Source: Chrysomallon squamiferum
Taxonomy: Eukaryota > Animalia > Mollusca
Assembly (NCBI GenBank): GCA_012295275.1
Contig: CM022675.1
Location: forward strand, 2,294,001-2,358,000
Reading direction: 5' to 3'
DNA: 64,000 nt
Part shown: one piece after another, positions 26,552 to 50,530 of the stretch
Position numbering within the stretch: position 1 is the stretch's first letter
Layout: each line of letters begins with the position of its first letter
The notes under the pieces: generated by a model
Told to the model about the DNA's origin: nothing
The model's input: the letters and a program-made list of their open reading frames with translations, nothing else
Databases searched by the model: none
Made by a program: the position numbers and the translations under genes

Positions 26552-27730
26552 GCTGCTACTACTACTGTTCCTGCTGAGTATTGTCAAGTGTGATTATTGT
26601 AGCAACTGAGGTAAACACTTTCAAATAAATAAATGAATTTATAAAGAAAACGCTATATGAATTAACACATACAATAAAATCCATTGTGAAATGAAATGTC
26701 AACATGACCGTCACACATTCGAGACTGCAGGTAAATTGCACTCTGGGTTCAAGCAAATATGTGACGATATTTATGTCATAAGTAAAAGTAGGCAATTGTG
26801 TTTTTCTTAACAGATAAAAAGAGACAGGAATGAAACAAATATGGAAAGAATAATAATTAAAGAAACATATACATAACACAAACTAAATGAACTAAAATGG
26901 AATAAGAAACTAAATTAATCGGTACGTAAATGAAAAGACAGAAAACACAAAACTCAGCTAGATCGCGATAGAGATGAATGCACTGACACAATCCTGGTAG
27001 GTAGGTATGTAAGCACCCTTATGGGCTGTTGCTATGTAATGTTTATTTAGAAACTTGTTTTTTCTTTCTTTTTTCCTTAATAATAAAAGTCCTTTTAAAA
27101 CTCTTTCCAACGTCCACACTTAACATTCGATACACTAACCCTAACACCAAGCCAACAGAAAAACCTAACACTAACCCTAACTATAGCTGTATTGTTAGTT
27201 ATTATTATGCGATAAACTAACGTTTTATAAAACATCCACTGTTAACTATCCAAAGCTAATTTTTTTGAAGTAAATATTTTGTCCCGCTAATGTTGACCGT
27301 TAACTTTACAAAGATAATGTTTTTCAAATAAAAGCTATTTTTTTTTTTTTTTTTTTTTTGTCTTTACGTTCGGCATAAGATTGTTCGACTTTTACAGCAA
27401 AGCCTGTTGAGGTAAATAAATACTTAAATCTAAACCTAATTCTAATCCTGAACATAATATTAAACCTAACCGAAAATATAACGGTAAACCTGTCCTTAAA
27501 CATAACCGTAACCCTAATCCTAATCCTAGCAGTATCGTTATTTATATCATGTACATTTTCCTTTTAAATAAATGTTATATTTATCTATAAACTATCACCC
27601 ACCCTTACCTTATCAAAGTCAATTTTTTGAAATAAAAGTTATTTTAACTTTTTTCACCTAAAATTCAATTTTCCAAAGTGAACTTTTTAAAAATAGAAGT
27701 TATTTAAATCTGGTTTTGATGAAGGACAAA
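24398..27730. repeat. Large inverted repeat: about 1.3-kb arms (24398-25713 and 26413-27730), about 700-bp spacer
   Basis: The arms are reverse complements over their length. For example, the ORFs 25186-25518(+) and 26562-26879(-) give almost the same peptide. Confidence 0.9.
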
Positions 27731-27924
27731 CCGTATTTTAAACGTTACCCTAAAACTTATCGTTAACTTTCGAAAATCTTTTTTTTTTTTAAAACTAAAC
27801 TTACTTTGAAGTGTTTTTTTTTTTTTTCTCTAACACTCACTGTTAAAATTGAATACGACTTGAATAAAAAAATAGTTGTATTAACTGACTTTAGGCTGTA
27901 ATTACGCACTCTCAACGCTATAGT

Positions 27925-29448
27925 GTGATCACAATAATTATACAAGATTAAAATTGCCTTGATCTATTAGTATTTAATTACGTACTGAAAGTGATAGTTT
28001 ATTAACTAATTATAAAACCGTAAAGTGTCGTGTAGATGCAAGAAAGCTATTCAAAGATTTTAATTTTAAAAAAGAAAACAAAAAAGAAATTTTTAATTTC
28101 AAATGCCAATTTCTAATTTTACTTTGAATATTATTTATTTATCTATCTATCTCTCTCTATCTATTTATCTATCTATCTATATATCTATCTATCTATCTAT
28201 CTTTATACGGCTATATTTTAATGAATGAAAATTGGAAACAAAAGTTGTTATCACACAAGTGTTACATTGAAGATTCTGTATTATTTTACTGACATGTGGT
28301 AAGTGATAAAATAGTGTGTATGTGTGTGGTTGTGTGTGTGTGTGCATGAGTCTGTGTGCGTGCGTCTGTGTGTGTTTGTGTGTACGGTCATAATTTGAAA
28401 TGTATGAGCAGTTGGTATACTTAAACTGGTTGCAGAATGTACATCTGATGAGGTCATGCATTTTCTTAATATTTGTTTGCAATTCCAACAATTGTCCTCC
28501 GTACAGAAAGTCTCATTAATGATTCCAGAATAATCGAGATTAACAGTCGCCAGTTCTTATGAAAAAAAAAAATTAAACCAATACAAAAAAAATCTGTTTT
28601 TTATTTTATTTTAGTTTTTTTGTTGTTGTTGTTGTTTTTTATTATTATCATCTGTTCTATTTGGATCATATTTTGTGAAAAAGAAATATAATTTTACTCA
28701 TTAAACAAACATACGATCAAACCAGTAACAACCATTTGAATTTGAATATTTCACTGTCGTGTCGGAACATTGCAAAATGTTCGACTATAACAAACAGTGC
28801 GTTTCATAATGGTTTAAATCAGCGGCGGGCAAACAACGGCCCAGGTAGATTTATTGTCTGGTTCGCCAAACTGTTAACAATTAACATCCAAGACAGCAAC
28901 ATAAAAGTCAATGAAATAAAGTCAGCTGATACAGCTGTTTTTATTTTTATTATTATTATTTTTTTTTACTCACCTCCCACTCAAGTTTAATTTTTAAGCG
29001 ATCTCGAAGGCACTCGCCGAATTAATGCTGTCAGCATCCGTTAAAAGTGAAATTACTGTTTACATAAAACACACGTTTTGAAATATTTGTTGTTCTCATT
29101 TCGTATTCTGGTCCTGATGCTCTTCCTATCAGATCCATCCGGCCCCTGTGTTAAGAAGTTTGCCCGCCCCTTGCCCAAATAGTCCTCTGATGTTTGGTCG
29201 CTAACTTATTCCTCTCACGAAACATCAGAATTTAGTATTCATTAACGTACTGAATAGAAGTAAAATGTCTAAATCTCTCAGTTTCACGGATAAAGACACG
29301 TGGAAGCATTAGAGACTCAGTCTTTGATGACTTTCTTTTCCAGTAATACTTGTCACAAAGATGGAGGAAATCCAGAAACCAAAATGTAACATCATATTGA
29401 TTATGCTAAAAGTCAAGATTGTTTTTATTGCTATAATTATAATTACTG

Positions 29449-29510
<62 letters not shown>

Positions 29511-30008
29511 TTTGTTCTACTTTTTTCTTCCTTGTTTTCCTATTCGTATGACTATATTCGTAATGTATTTATTTATTTTTCATTATTATTATTATTTGTT
29601 TATTTATTTATTTTAACTTATTTATTAATTGATTCGGTTTCACTATTTATTACTATTTTGTATTTTGTTTTTATTATATTTGCAATAGTTTGAATGAAGC
29701 TTGTCTCACATGTGGTGCATCTCATGTAGTTTGTTTTGTGTAATATTTCGTAAATATTGATTGAGTAGTATTAAATATCTACATAATTATTATGATTACT
29801 ATGTTGGTTTGTTATATCAATTCATTCCGGAAGAATAGATTTCTTGCTGCTATTTCCAAGATGGAGTTTCTTTTTTAAATTATTAGTTTTTCATGGATAT
29901 AACGATGTTTTTTCTTTACTTTTTTTTTCTTGCATTGACTACTGTACTTGTGATTCCTTGTGATTTTATATATATTATTAAATAGTTTTCTTACGAATAT
30001 TATCACTG

Positions 30009-30090
<82 letters not shown>

Positions 30091-30680
30091 TTTGTCGGAA
30101 TTAATAAACAAAGCCAACATACCTAAGTACAATATTAGTCCAGCTTGGTAAATAGCTACAGAATAGACTAATTTTATAAACAGGCAGATGAATGCGAACA
30201 TTCACTGAACTTTTGGTGGCATCTTAACACGTGACACAACGACCAATGAGAAAAGACAACACAAAATCACTTGATATCATAGTTTGATCATCATAATTGT
30301 ACAAGATTATAATTGCAGTGATCTATAAGTACTTAATTATGTAGTGAAAATGTAATTTCATTGAGTAGTTGTAAAACTTACAAACTGTGCCAAAAATGTA
30401 GTAAATGCATTCAAGGATTTTAATTTAAATATATCTGTATATATATGTCAGTTAATCTATGAATTTCAAAAGCCTAAGTTTGTTTTTAAATATCTTCAGA
30501 TCATTTGACAAGACAAGTATCTATTTATTTATTTATTTATTTATTCCTCTGATTAACGCTATCTTTTAATGAAAGTAAATTAGAAACAAAAGTTATTATG
30601 TGATACGTGTTATATTGATGATTCTGTATTCTTTTACTGACACGTGGAAAGTGATAAAAGAGTGTTTCTGTGTGTTTGTG
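27925..30680. repeat. Dispersed direct repeat of about 400 bp (27925-28330 and 30285-30680)
   Basis: Shared ACAAGATTA.AATTGC..TGATCTAT.AGTA.TTAATTA and AAACAAAAGTT.TTAT...GATTCTGTATT.TTTTACTGACA.GTGG.AAGTGATAAAA.AGTGT. Confidence 0.75.
28820..29172. mobile_element. Non-autonomous hAT-type MITE
   Basis: Ends CAGCGGCGGGCAAAC...CGGCCC and CGGCCC...GTTTGCCCGCCCCT mirror the end structure of the 43871-46304 element. The TSD is degraded (GTTTAAAT / GCCCAAAT). Confidence 0.65.
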
Positions 30681-30994
30681 TTTTTATGTGTGAGTAGATA
30701 AAACTATTTTGAGGAAAGCATTAAGTAAATAATAAACATATCTGAGCATAAAAACACGAGCAATGGATACTTGCACTCAGCTGTGACGACTGTAGTCTCC
30801 CTTGTTATGTCTCGACATATATTTAGTTTAGTTTTGTCTGTTGTTAAATGTAGTAACAAACATGTCTGTCTTTTTCATGTCATCTCTAAGCGAATCTTTG
30901 TTATAGTAAATTAATTCACAGTTGTCTTTTCTCTTTAGTGCTGCACATATAGAGGTATACTGGTAGTACTACTACTTCTTATAATAATAATACC

Positions 30995-31026
<32 letters not shown>

Positions 31027-32100
31027 CAACAACAACAACAACAATAATAATAATAATACTACTAATAATAATAATAATAACAATTATAATAATAATATTG
31101 CTATTCGTTCAGTTGCTACTGCTGGTACTAATAATACTCCTACTACTACTACGACAACTGTTACTACTACTGTTACACTTGATGGTATTGGACGAAAAAC
31201 ACTTCTTGAAAGATTTCACTATAAGTGTATGTATTGACAATATTAAACCGGAGAAAAGAATAAGTTGAAAAATCAGAGATAGTGTAACAACAAAGATAAA
31301 ACTGAATAGAGAAATTAAATAGAAGACAAATTCGTTTTTTTTTTTTTTTTAAAAAAGAATTCATAATTATCTTCAGCAACAATGTTTAGTTATAATCAGT
31401 AACGGTATGAAACAATATCACTTGATATCAAGTGATTCTCTGTAGTCTTTACTGATAGCTCGTTGTGTATGTACAATAATCTAAACTAGAAAACAGTAAG
31501 GAAAAACATCGTTATATGCATGAAGAAATATGATAATTACATCAAGAACCTTCATCTTGGAAATAACAGGAAAAAAGCTTTTCTTCTGTCAATGTTTTAT
31601 ACAACAAGCCGAATACCCCGAATATAGTATTAATAATAATTATATAAACATTAAATAAAGCTCAACTAATATTTACGACATATAACAGAAAACAAAGAAC
31701 ATGAGATGCACCCCAATACGATTTATTCAAACTATTGCAAATATATAAAAACAAAATAAAAATGTAATACATTAATTTAAAGAAATACAAAATAGAAATC
31801 CAGCTACAGGAATAGGAAAGGAAGCTAGAAAAAAATCGAAGAAAAAATAATAATAATAAACAAAATGTAAACATAGCATTAACAGTATTAACAACAACAA
31901 CAACAACAATAATAATAATAATAATAATTACAACAACAATGAAATAAAAATCTGAAGAAACAAAAAGAAAGAATGAAAAAGAAAGAAAAAACAAAAGAAG
32001 ACAAATAACTATCAAAAAGTAATGTGTTAGTAACTAATGCTAAAGCAAAGACAACTTTTAAACAAAAGCTATTTTATCTAAAAGTAAAAACAGTTTTCAA
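29400..32100. repeat. Diverged inverted repeat: about 29400-29880 vs about 31530-32100 (3' flank of gene B)
   Basis: TTGCAATAGTTTGAAT...GGTGCATCTCATGT and ATTTCCAAGATG at 29680-29865 are reverse complements of ACATGAGATGCACC...ATTCAAACTATTGCAA and CATCTTGGAAAT at 31550-31740. Confidence 0.7.
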
Positions 32101-32175
32101 CTTCAGTTTGGTACTACAGTGTATGAAATGTTTGTCAGGTTAACTAAATCTGGTGTTTGCTGACATCTTCCTTCT

Positions 32176-42680
<10,505 letters not shown>

Positions 42681-42925
42681 ATTCAGTTTATACTGTAAAG
42701 AAGATTAAATGAATGAATGAATAAATAAATAAATAAACAAACAAACAAACAGTCAAACAAACAAACAAACAAACAAACAAACAAATAAATACATAAATAA
42801 TCATAATGTTATAATTTAGTCTAGGCGTAAGTCGTCCCTCAGTTTAACATATATACACATCTCTAGTATTACTTACACAAAACATCACCACAGACTTAGT
42901 ACACATTGTGAGCAGGCATCGTGTA

Positions 42926-43042
<117 letters not shown>

Positions 43043-43870
43043 ACATTTTGATTTTTTATATCATTTGGTGTACGGAGTAAAACAAATGTTTAAATTGTCA
43101 TTTTCTTTGAGTAACAAAGAACGTTTATTTATTTATTTATTTATTTATTGATCTATTTATTTACGCATTTACTTATTTCATTGTTTATTTATTTATTTAT
43201 GTATTTATGTATTTATTTATTTATTTATTTATTTATTTATTTGTCTCTCATTATGTTTTAATACCTTTTAGATTAACGTCATCTATAAGTGAACAGAGGT
43301 TACAAATGTGTGTGTGTGTGTGTGTGTCTGTGTAGATAGATCGAGAGAGAGATAAAGGGAGAGACGGACTGATAAACAAATATGTATATATATATACAAA
43401 CACACACACACACACACACACGAAAATGTGATAACCATCGCAATGATATAAATGCTATATACAAATATTCAGTAGGAAAATAAAATGTGCGAAGATTGAT
43501 CCCGTATCAAATTTTCTAATTTGATTCCTATGTAACAGCGGATACGGTCACTGTTCAAGTTATTCAAGCCGAGTTGCAGTGAAGAAATAATGGAGCAATC
43601 CTGAAGTGAAAGATAATTTTGTTGCGATTTTGTCTGAAAGATGCTGCAATATAGCTCCTCCATTGATATCATATGATAAAATAGTTATTCATGTAGCTGT
43701 TATAGAACCATATACAAAGTGTACTTACACATTTATTGTAGCACGATTCAAATAAGAATATTTAAACATATATTTATGCATATAAACCTTTTTCCTCACT
43801 TACACTTTGTGATTTGTTTGGAAAGAAATATAAAAAGCGTTTATTAACATAAACATTGCTCTGTCTATGT

Positions 43871-46304
43871 CAGTGGTGGCCAAACTACGGCCCGCGGGCC
43901 GCATCCGGCCCCCAGTCCTGTTTCATCCGGCCCGCCAAACACCTTGCCTTGTTTTTTTCCAAGCACCATATTTACCACTGTGAACAAGCAGTGCAACAGC
44001 GCTGGCTGCTACTAGCAGTAGCTTGTGGCAAGCGTTGTTATTTTTAGAATAAATGCCCTTGCAGCGTTATTTTTAGAACAGTCTGCCAACCATGACGTAA
44101 GTAGCTAACATAGCCTGTATGTGCTCTTTTTCACATCCCTTTGGCCTACTAGCCTACTTTGTAAGAAATCAGGAAGTTAATTGTTCCAGCTTTGACTTTC
44201 AGTATTTTACTGAGCATGTAAGAGACAATACGCACATTGGATTTTCTTCTCAGAAGCAGCAATAATTTTATTTTTTTCTCTACCTTATCAGTTAAAATGT
44301 CTCCAACGAAAAAAGAGAAAAGTAGATGATGAATGCCGAGTTTTTAAGGAGGAATGGACATATCAATATTTGTTCACTGCGGTAAATGGTAAAGCAGCGT
44401 GTTTAATTTGTAATGAGGGAATATCAGTTTTTAAAGAATATAATTTGAAAAGATACTATAATACAAAACACGCTGGATACAGTGAAGGACTATCAACAGA
44501 GCAAAAGGTTAATAAAGCTGCTGATATGGTGAAAAATCTAATAAAGCAACAGTCGCTTTTTTCAAAGACACAATCCATTCACATTTCAGCAACAGAAGCT
44601 AGTTTTTATATTAGTTACAAAATTGCACAATGCAAAAAACCTTTTTCTGATGGAGAATTTGTAAAAGACTGCATTGTGGATGCGGCACACATACTTTGTC
44701 CAGAAGCACAGAATAAATTTGAGAATATTGCACTATCAAGGAATACAGTTATGAGAAGGGTACAAGATATCAGCAAAGATTTGTCCCAACAGCTTCACAC
44801 TGCTTGCACTGATTTCATGTGGTTTTCATTAGCTCTGGATGAAAGCAATGATGTTCAGGACATTGCACAACTCATGATATTTATACGTGGTATCAAGTCA
44901 GATTTTACAATTTCAGAGGAGTTGTTATCAGTTGAACCTTTAAAAGGCACAACTACGGGGGAAGACCTGTGTAAATGTGTAATAAAGTGTGTGGAGGAGG
45001 CTGGCCTGCCGTGGAATAAATTGGTGAGTATCACTACTGACGGTGCACCTGCTCTAACTGGAAAAAACAAAGGCATGATTAGCCTCCTACAAAAGAAGAT
45101 TAAAGAAAACTGTCCTCAGCATGAAATATGGAAATTTCATTGTATCATTCATCAAGAAAGTTTATGCAAGTCAGCTCTGGATTTTAATCATGTGATACGT
45201 CCTGTAGTTGAAGTAGTTAATCTACTCAGATCCAGACCATTATCACACAGACAATTCAAGACATTACTGGATGATATTGAGACTGAATATAGAGATGTGC
45301 TATATCACAATAGTGTTCGGTGGCTTAGTCATGGGAAAGTTCTAAGAAGAGTCTTTGAACTAAGAGACGAAATTCTCCTTTTCCTTGATATCAAACAAAT
45401 GAAATGTGATTTTATAGAGAAGATGAAAAATGATTACTGGCTTTGTGATTTTATGTTTGCCACTGAAATGTTTGAAAAGCTCAATTCTCTAAATTTGGAA
45501 TTGCAAGGAAAAGGATTATTTGTGCATGATATGTACACCAAAGTAAAGCTTTTTTGAGGCAAAACTCTCACTTTTTGCCAAACAGATATCAGAATGTAAT
45601 TTTATTCATTTTTCTTTGCTAAGGAAGGCAACAGTAGATAGTAAACTTGCTGAAAAATACAGCAATCAACTCTGCATCTTGAAACAAGAATTCCAAAGAA
45701 GATTTTCAGACTTCAGAGTAATGGATTCATCATTTAATATACTTGTTTCACCCTTCAGTACAGAAATTGAGACAGCCCCTGATGTTCTTCAGCTGGAACT
45801 AATAGATCTACAAGCTAATAATGAGCTGAAAATGAAGTTTAGGAATATGCCTTTGGTAGAATTTTTCAAATATTTGCCTGCTGAAAAGTTTATCAATCTA
45901 CGAGGTTTTGCTGCTAGGATGCTGTGTATATTTGGATCAACTTATATTTGTGAACAGACTTTTTCATGCTTAAATCAAACAAAGTCAAAAAACAGATCAG
46001 TATTGTCAGATGCAAATTTACAAGCAATTATGAAAGTTTCGACAACTAGTTTTACTCCAGACTTTAAAAGGCTTGTTCAAAATTGTGGACAGTTGCATTT
46101 ATCTCATTGATATATAAACCTTTTATTAAATACAAGTGTAAACAAGATGGTGTTATTTTTTGTTATTCTACTACAATAATATATATTTTAATAAAGATGG
46201 CAACCAGTTACGACAAATTTTACGTAAATTTCATTTAATCCGGCCCTCCAGTGGCAAGAAAGTTGCAAATTTGGCCCTCTGGTAAAAACGTTTGGCCACC
46301 CCTG
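43871..46304 (+). mobile_element. Full-length hAT DNA transposon, Buster/Charlie (SPIN/OC1-like) subfamily
   Basis: TIRs CAGTGGTGGCCAAAC ... GTTTGGCCACCCCTG (14/15 match). Perfect 8-bp TSD GTCTATGT (43863-43870 and 46305-46312) with central TA. Subterminal CGGCCC motifs and an internal transposase. Confidence 0.95.
44297..46110 (+). pseudogene. hAT transposase (GTF2IRD2/EPM2AIP1-like) broken by two single-base frameshifts
   Basis: Motifs: N-terminal KRKVDDECRVFKEEW and CLIC zinc-finger-like region, LALDES (catalytic D), TTDGA (D), CIIHQE, SVRW, GSTYICEQTFS (E). Frameshifts in an A-run near 44310 and a T-run near 45550 join the 44370-45557 and 45616-46110 ORFs. Confidence 0.9.
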
Positions 46305-46461
46305 GTCTATGTGATACGATCGTTTCAATCCATTACCGGCTTTTCTATCACATTTGAAGGCGATCACGACTTGTAACGAAACATTTCAGTTTTCTTCTTT
46401 TTCTTCTTCTTCTTCTTATTATTATTATTAATATTATTGTTGTTGTTGTTGTTGTTGTTAT

Positions 46462-46552
<91 letters not shown>

Positions 46553-46685
46553 TACTGAACCACTGATATGGTAGACATCGGTTCACGTAGAGTGGACGTA
46601 TTCATTGTTAAGAGTTCATATACGTGTCTCTGTGTTATGAATGCAGGCTAAGTTTAATTGTTTAATTGTTTGTTTATTTGTTTGT

Positions 46686-46716
<31 letters not shown>

Positions 46717-48097
46717 TTTGTTTGTTTGTTCACTTATTTTAAGTGTTTGTTTATTTGTTTTCTTTATTTATTCGTGTGGTAGCTTGTTTATCTTTTATTA
46801 TTTTATTATTATTATTCCATTGCGAATACTGTGGGAGAAACATTGAAACGGCTAAGTGTAGACTGGTGTGAAAACAGTTTTGAGGTTTTAGGTGTAACAC
46901 TTAATAGACAACAAGACAATATTTGACACTAAATGTGGATGAAAAGCTGGTGAAAATAGAAATAAAAACCTGTTAAATTCGTGCCGTGTTAGGGTAACGT
47001 TGTAGAAACATTAGCTATGTCAAAACTAACTTTTATTTTAACCAGACTATCAAATCAACCTAAAGAATATGTTTACTAAAACTAAATAAAACGATTTATT
47101 CATTTAAGTGGACAGACGGTCCAAATCAGTTATTACACAAAATTATACCGAGGGTGGATAAAAAATGGTTGAAACATTAACATTAATTAAAGTTTCAAAA
47201 GTTGCTTGGTTAAGACGCTACTTTCAATCGGATAAAAACTGGAGATGGTTTTTAAATAAATAAATAGATACTCCAGCTTTATCAAAACTGGAAGCCGAAT
47301 ATATAAGTATAAAGTTAAAAAATAATTTCTCGAATAATGTATGGGATGCATGGACAGATTTTGTGCTAAAAATAAAACTTGAAAATTGTGAGTAAATAGT
47401 AAATGAGCCGTTATGATACCACACATTTCAAATACAAGTCATTGTTTCTCCGCAACTGGTATAATAATGGTATAACACAGATCTGAACATTTTTAACAGA
47501 AACAGGATACGTCATTCCTATTGCAGATTTAACATACGAGGAACCTTTTTAGATTACATAATGTTAATTTATAGTATACCTGAAATATGTAAATGTATTG
47601 TCCGACTATTACAAGGACACATAAATCTATCTATCTATCTATCTATCTATCTATATATATATATATATATAGTACTTTGTGTGCAATGTATATGTTATTA
47701 ATGAGAAAAATGAATAAAGGTTGTTGTGAATATGATAATATACTGTCTAGTAAGGTAAATCTGCCAGCAGCACAAATCCACTGGTCTGAAATAATAAATT
47801 ATGACAACTACCCATTAATATGTGAAAAGTTTTATTTAACATCCAGATTATTTACTAACCAAAACGCTCTTATTGATTTTGAGTATAAAATCATTAAAAT
47901 AGAATAAAGGCAAGCAGCAGCTTTCTTTCTAGAATTCGGATTCGGGAAGATTCTCTTTGCACGAGAAAACCATCATTGCACCTTTGATGTTACTGCATTC
48001 CGTACAATTATAAACGATAGAACGATATTATTTGGTTTACAAACAGGACAAAAAAAAAACCTAATCATTTAATTTTAATAACAAAACGATAACAAAA

Positions 48098-48141
<44 letters not shown>

Positions 48142-48537
48142 TTCTCTATCAGTTTCTCGTCTTCTAGACATGGTAAAAAGTTCGTATATGATAGAAAAAA
48201 TAATATCACGAATAAATTTGCAAGAGGAAGATCATATGAAAAAGTTGTGCCTCTTTGTTGCGGTACTAGAAGCTATTGAATAAGTATTCGTTGTCTCAGT
48301 TTTCTTTTTGTATCTGTAAAAATATATATTTAATATAACCACGCAAATATATCAATCAGGTAAAAAGGAGCTCTGTTGTGAAATACCCCATGTGTTTTTT
48401 GAAAGCACCTGCTATTCGCGACGCGTATGTATGTTATCTCTATTGCGTTGTTCCTTACATTTATGTTTTGTAAACTGTGCTTTGTATACTGTACCATTGG
48501 CAATACAATTAAAGAAAAAAATAAAGAGTTAACAAAT

Positions 48538-48569
<32 letters not shown>

Positions 48570-49237
48570 GCAGTAGTAGTAGTAGTAGTAGTAGTAGTAT
48601 CATGATCATTATTATTGTTGTTGTTATTATTATTATCATTATTATTATTATTATCATTGTAATTATTTAATTTTTTTGAAGTACCCTGACGGCAGTTGTC
48701 ATGCTACAAAAACGAAGACAATAAAAACAACAAATATTAATACTATTGCTGTTACTATTGCTACGACAACTACTATTACTCGAGCTATTGCAACCAATAA
48801 TGATGAAGAAAAGCATATCAGCAACGACATCAACAGCAGTAATAATATTTTAATTTTCTTATGGTTCGGATGCATTGCGTTTGTCGACCACTTAATAAAA
48901 ACTTCTATTTACGAAATTCTTCGAGAAGAAAAAAACATATTTTCTTTATTGATGTATTTGTTTATTTATTTATATATTTGTTTGTTTGTTTCTGAAACAC
49001 GGATGTATGTATTTATATATGTATGCATGATTTGATTCATATATGTATGTTCATATGTATGTGTGTGTGTGTGTCTAGGAGTGATGTGTGAGAATATATC
49101 GTATTTCTGCCGGTACTTGTGAAACGTATAATTTTGCGTGAATTTGTGGATATTTTATATGTTTATATATGTGCGTATTTATTTGTTACAGGATTTTTGC
49201 TATTCTCTGTTTTATGTATCTCTCATTAGACTCGGCA

Positions 49238-49830
49238 ATGGCGCAGGAGGAGACGGTCAAATCAGGACTTCACAAACCTGTCAGTTGCCGGTGACGAGAC
49301 TCGAACGTATGACACCCATTCACTCACACTCCGAAGGCGGACGATGTAACTGTTCGGCCGCCGAGACAACCTAAAAAAGTTGCTTAGTAACCGAGGGTAA
49401 TCATGGCTTCCCAGGAGGCACGCCGTTCTTTGTCTTTCGTCATTTTGCTTGCCTCTATATTTGTATGGGAAACCTATCACTGGCAAGTATACAGTTTTAG
49501 GATTTTTGAATATGTTCTGTCATTTGTACGTCTGAATAGACTTTGCACATAGACAGTATTCGGGAACGGACTGGCGCATGAGGACAAAGTCAAATCACGA
49601 CCTTACAAACCCGTCAGATGCCGCTTACAAGACAAGAACGTATGGTACCCATTCACCCACACTCCGAAAGCGAACTTAAACAACCGTTGCTAACTGACAG
49701 AGTGTAATCATCGCTTACTCCGAAGCACGCCGTTCTTTTTGTCTTTCGTCATTTCTGTATTCACTTACATTTTGTGGAAAACCTGGCACTGGTAGGTATG
49801 TGTTTTAGGATTTGAATGTACATTTACTAG
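49238..49830 (-). mobile_element. Two tandem diverged copies of a tRNA-derived SINE-like element
   Basis: About 49240-49520 and 49573-49820 are direct repeats. The minus strand of 49285-49368 reads GTCTCGGCGGCCGAACAGTTA...CGTCCGCCTTCGGAG...GTTCGAGTCTCGTCACCGGC, giving an A-box-like segment, an Arg-like TCG loop and a B-box GTTCGAGTC. Confidence 0.5.
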
Positions 49831-50315
49831 AAAGTGTAAAAATGCCTTCGTTGACATACCATACATAAATATATCTAGAAACAGAATGTATACTCTCACA
49901 CTTGCAGAAGTAGAATACACACACGCGCGCGCGCGCGCGTACTGAGGTAGCATACATACAAAGATATCGAAAAGGTACATATACATTTATTGACGTATCA
50001 CAGATACAGATATACAGAAATTGTACTTATACATTTTGTAAGTACCATACATATAAGAATATTTAAAGTGTACACATACATTTATTGAAGTAACAAACAT
50101 ACATACATACATATATAAAAGAAAGTCAACTGAACGTACCTTGTTTATTGTAACACTTCAACTAAACCGCGACCCTCACCTACTCTGTGTTATCCGTTTT
50201 GAAAGAAATATAAAAATGTGTCCTAATAAAGGTCTTGCTCTATTAATGTGTTACGGATGAAAAGAAAATAATTTCAATGCATGACCGATTTTGAGTCACA
50301 TGAGTAGCTCTTCTT

Positions 50316-50346
<31 letters not shown>

Positions 50347-50490
50347 TTATTATTATTATTATTATTACTTTTTTTTTTCCTGAGTCACTTATCATGCAGA
50401 ATTTGATTCTGATACAATGAACTTACATTGAGTCAATAGTTACTATACATATCTCGGTATCATATATGCGGGCTATGTTTGTTTATTTGT

Positions 50491-50530
<40 letters not shown>

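Noticed and set aside
25186-26879. Pair of near-identical ORFs on opposite strands (110 aa and 105 aa)
   Set aside because: They simply reflect the two arms of the inverted repeat, with no recognisable protein features.
46850-48530. Possible additional transposon in this less repetitive stretch
   Set aside because: I could not find matching TIRs, a TSD or a coding remnant by eye.
49285-49368. Functional tRNA gene
   Set aside because: The acceptor and anticodon stems do not pair properly; it is better explained as a SINE head.
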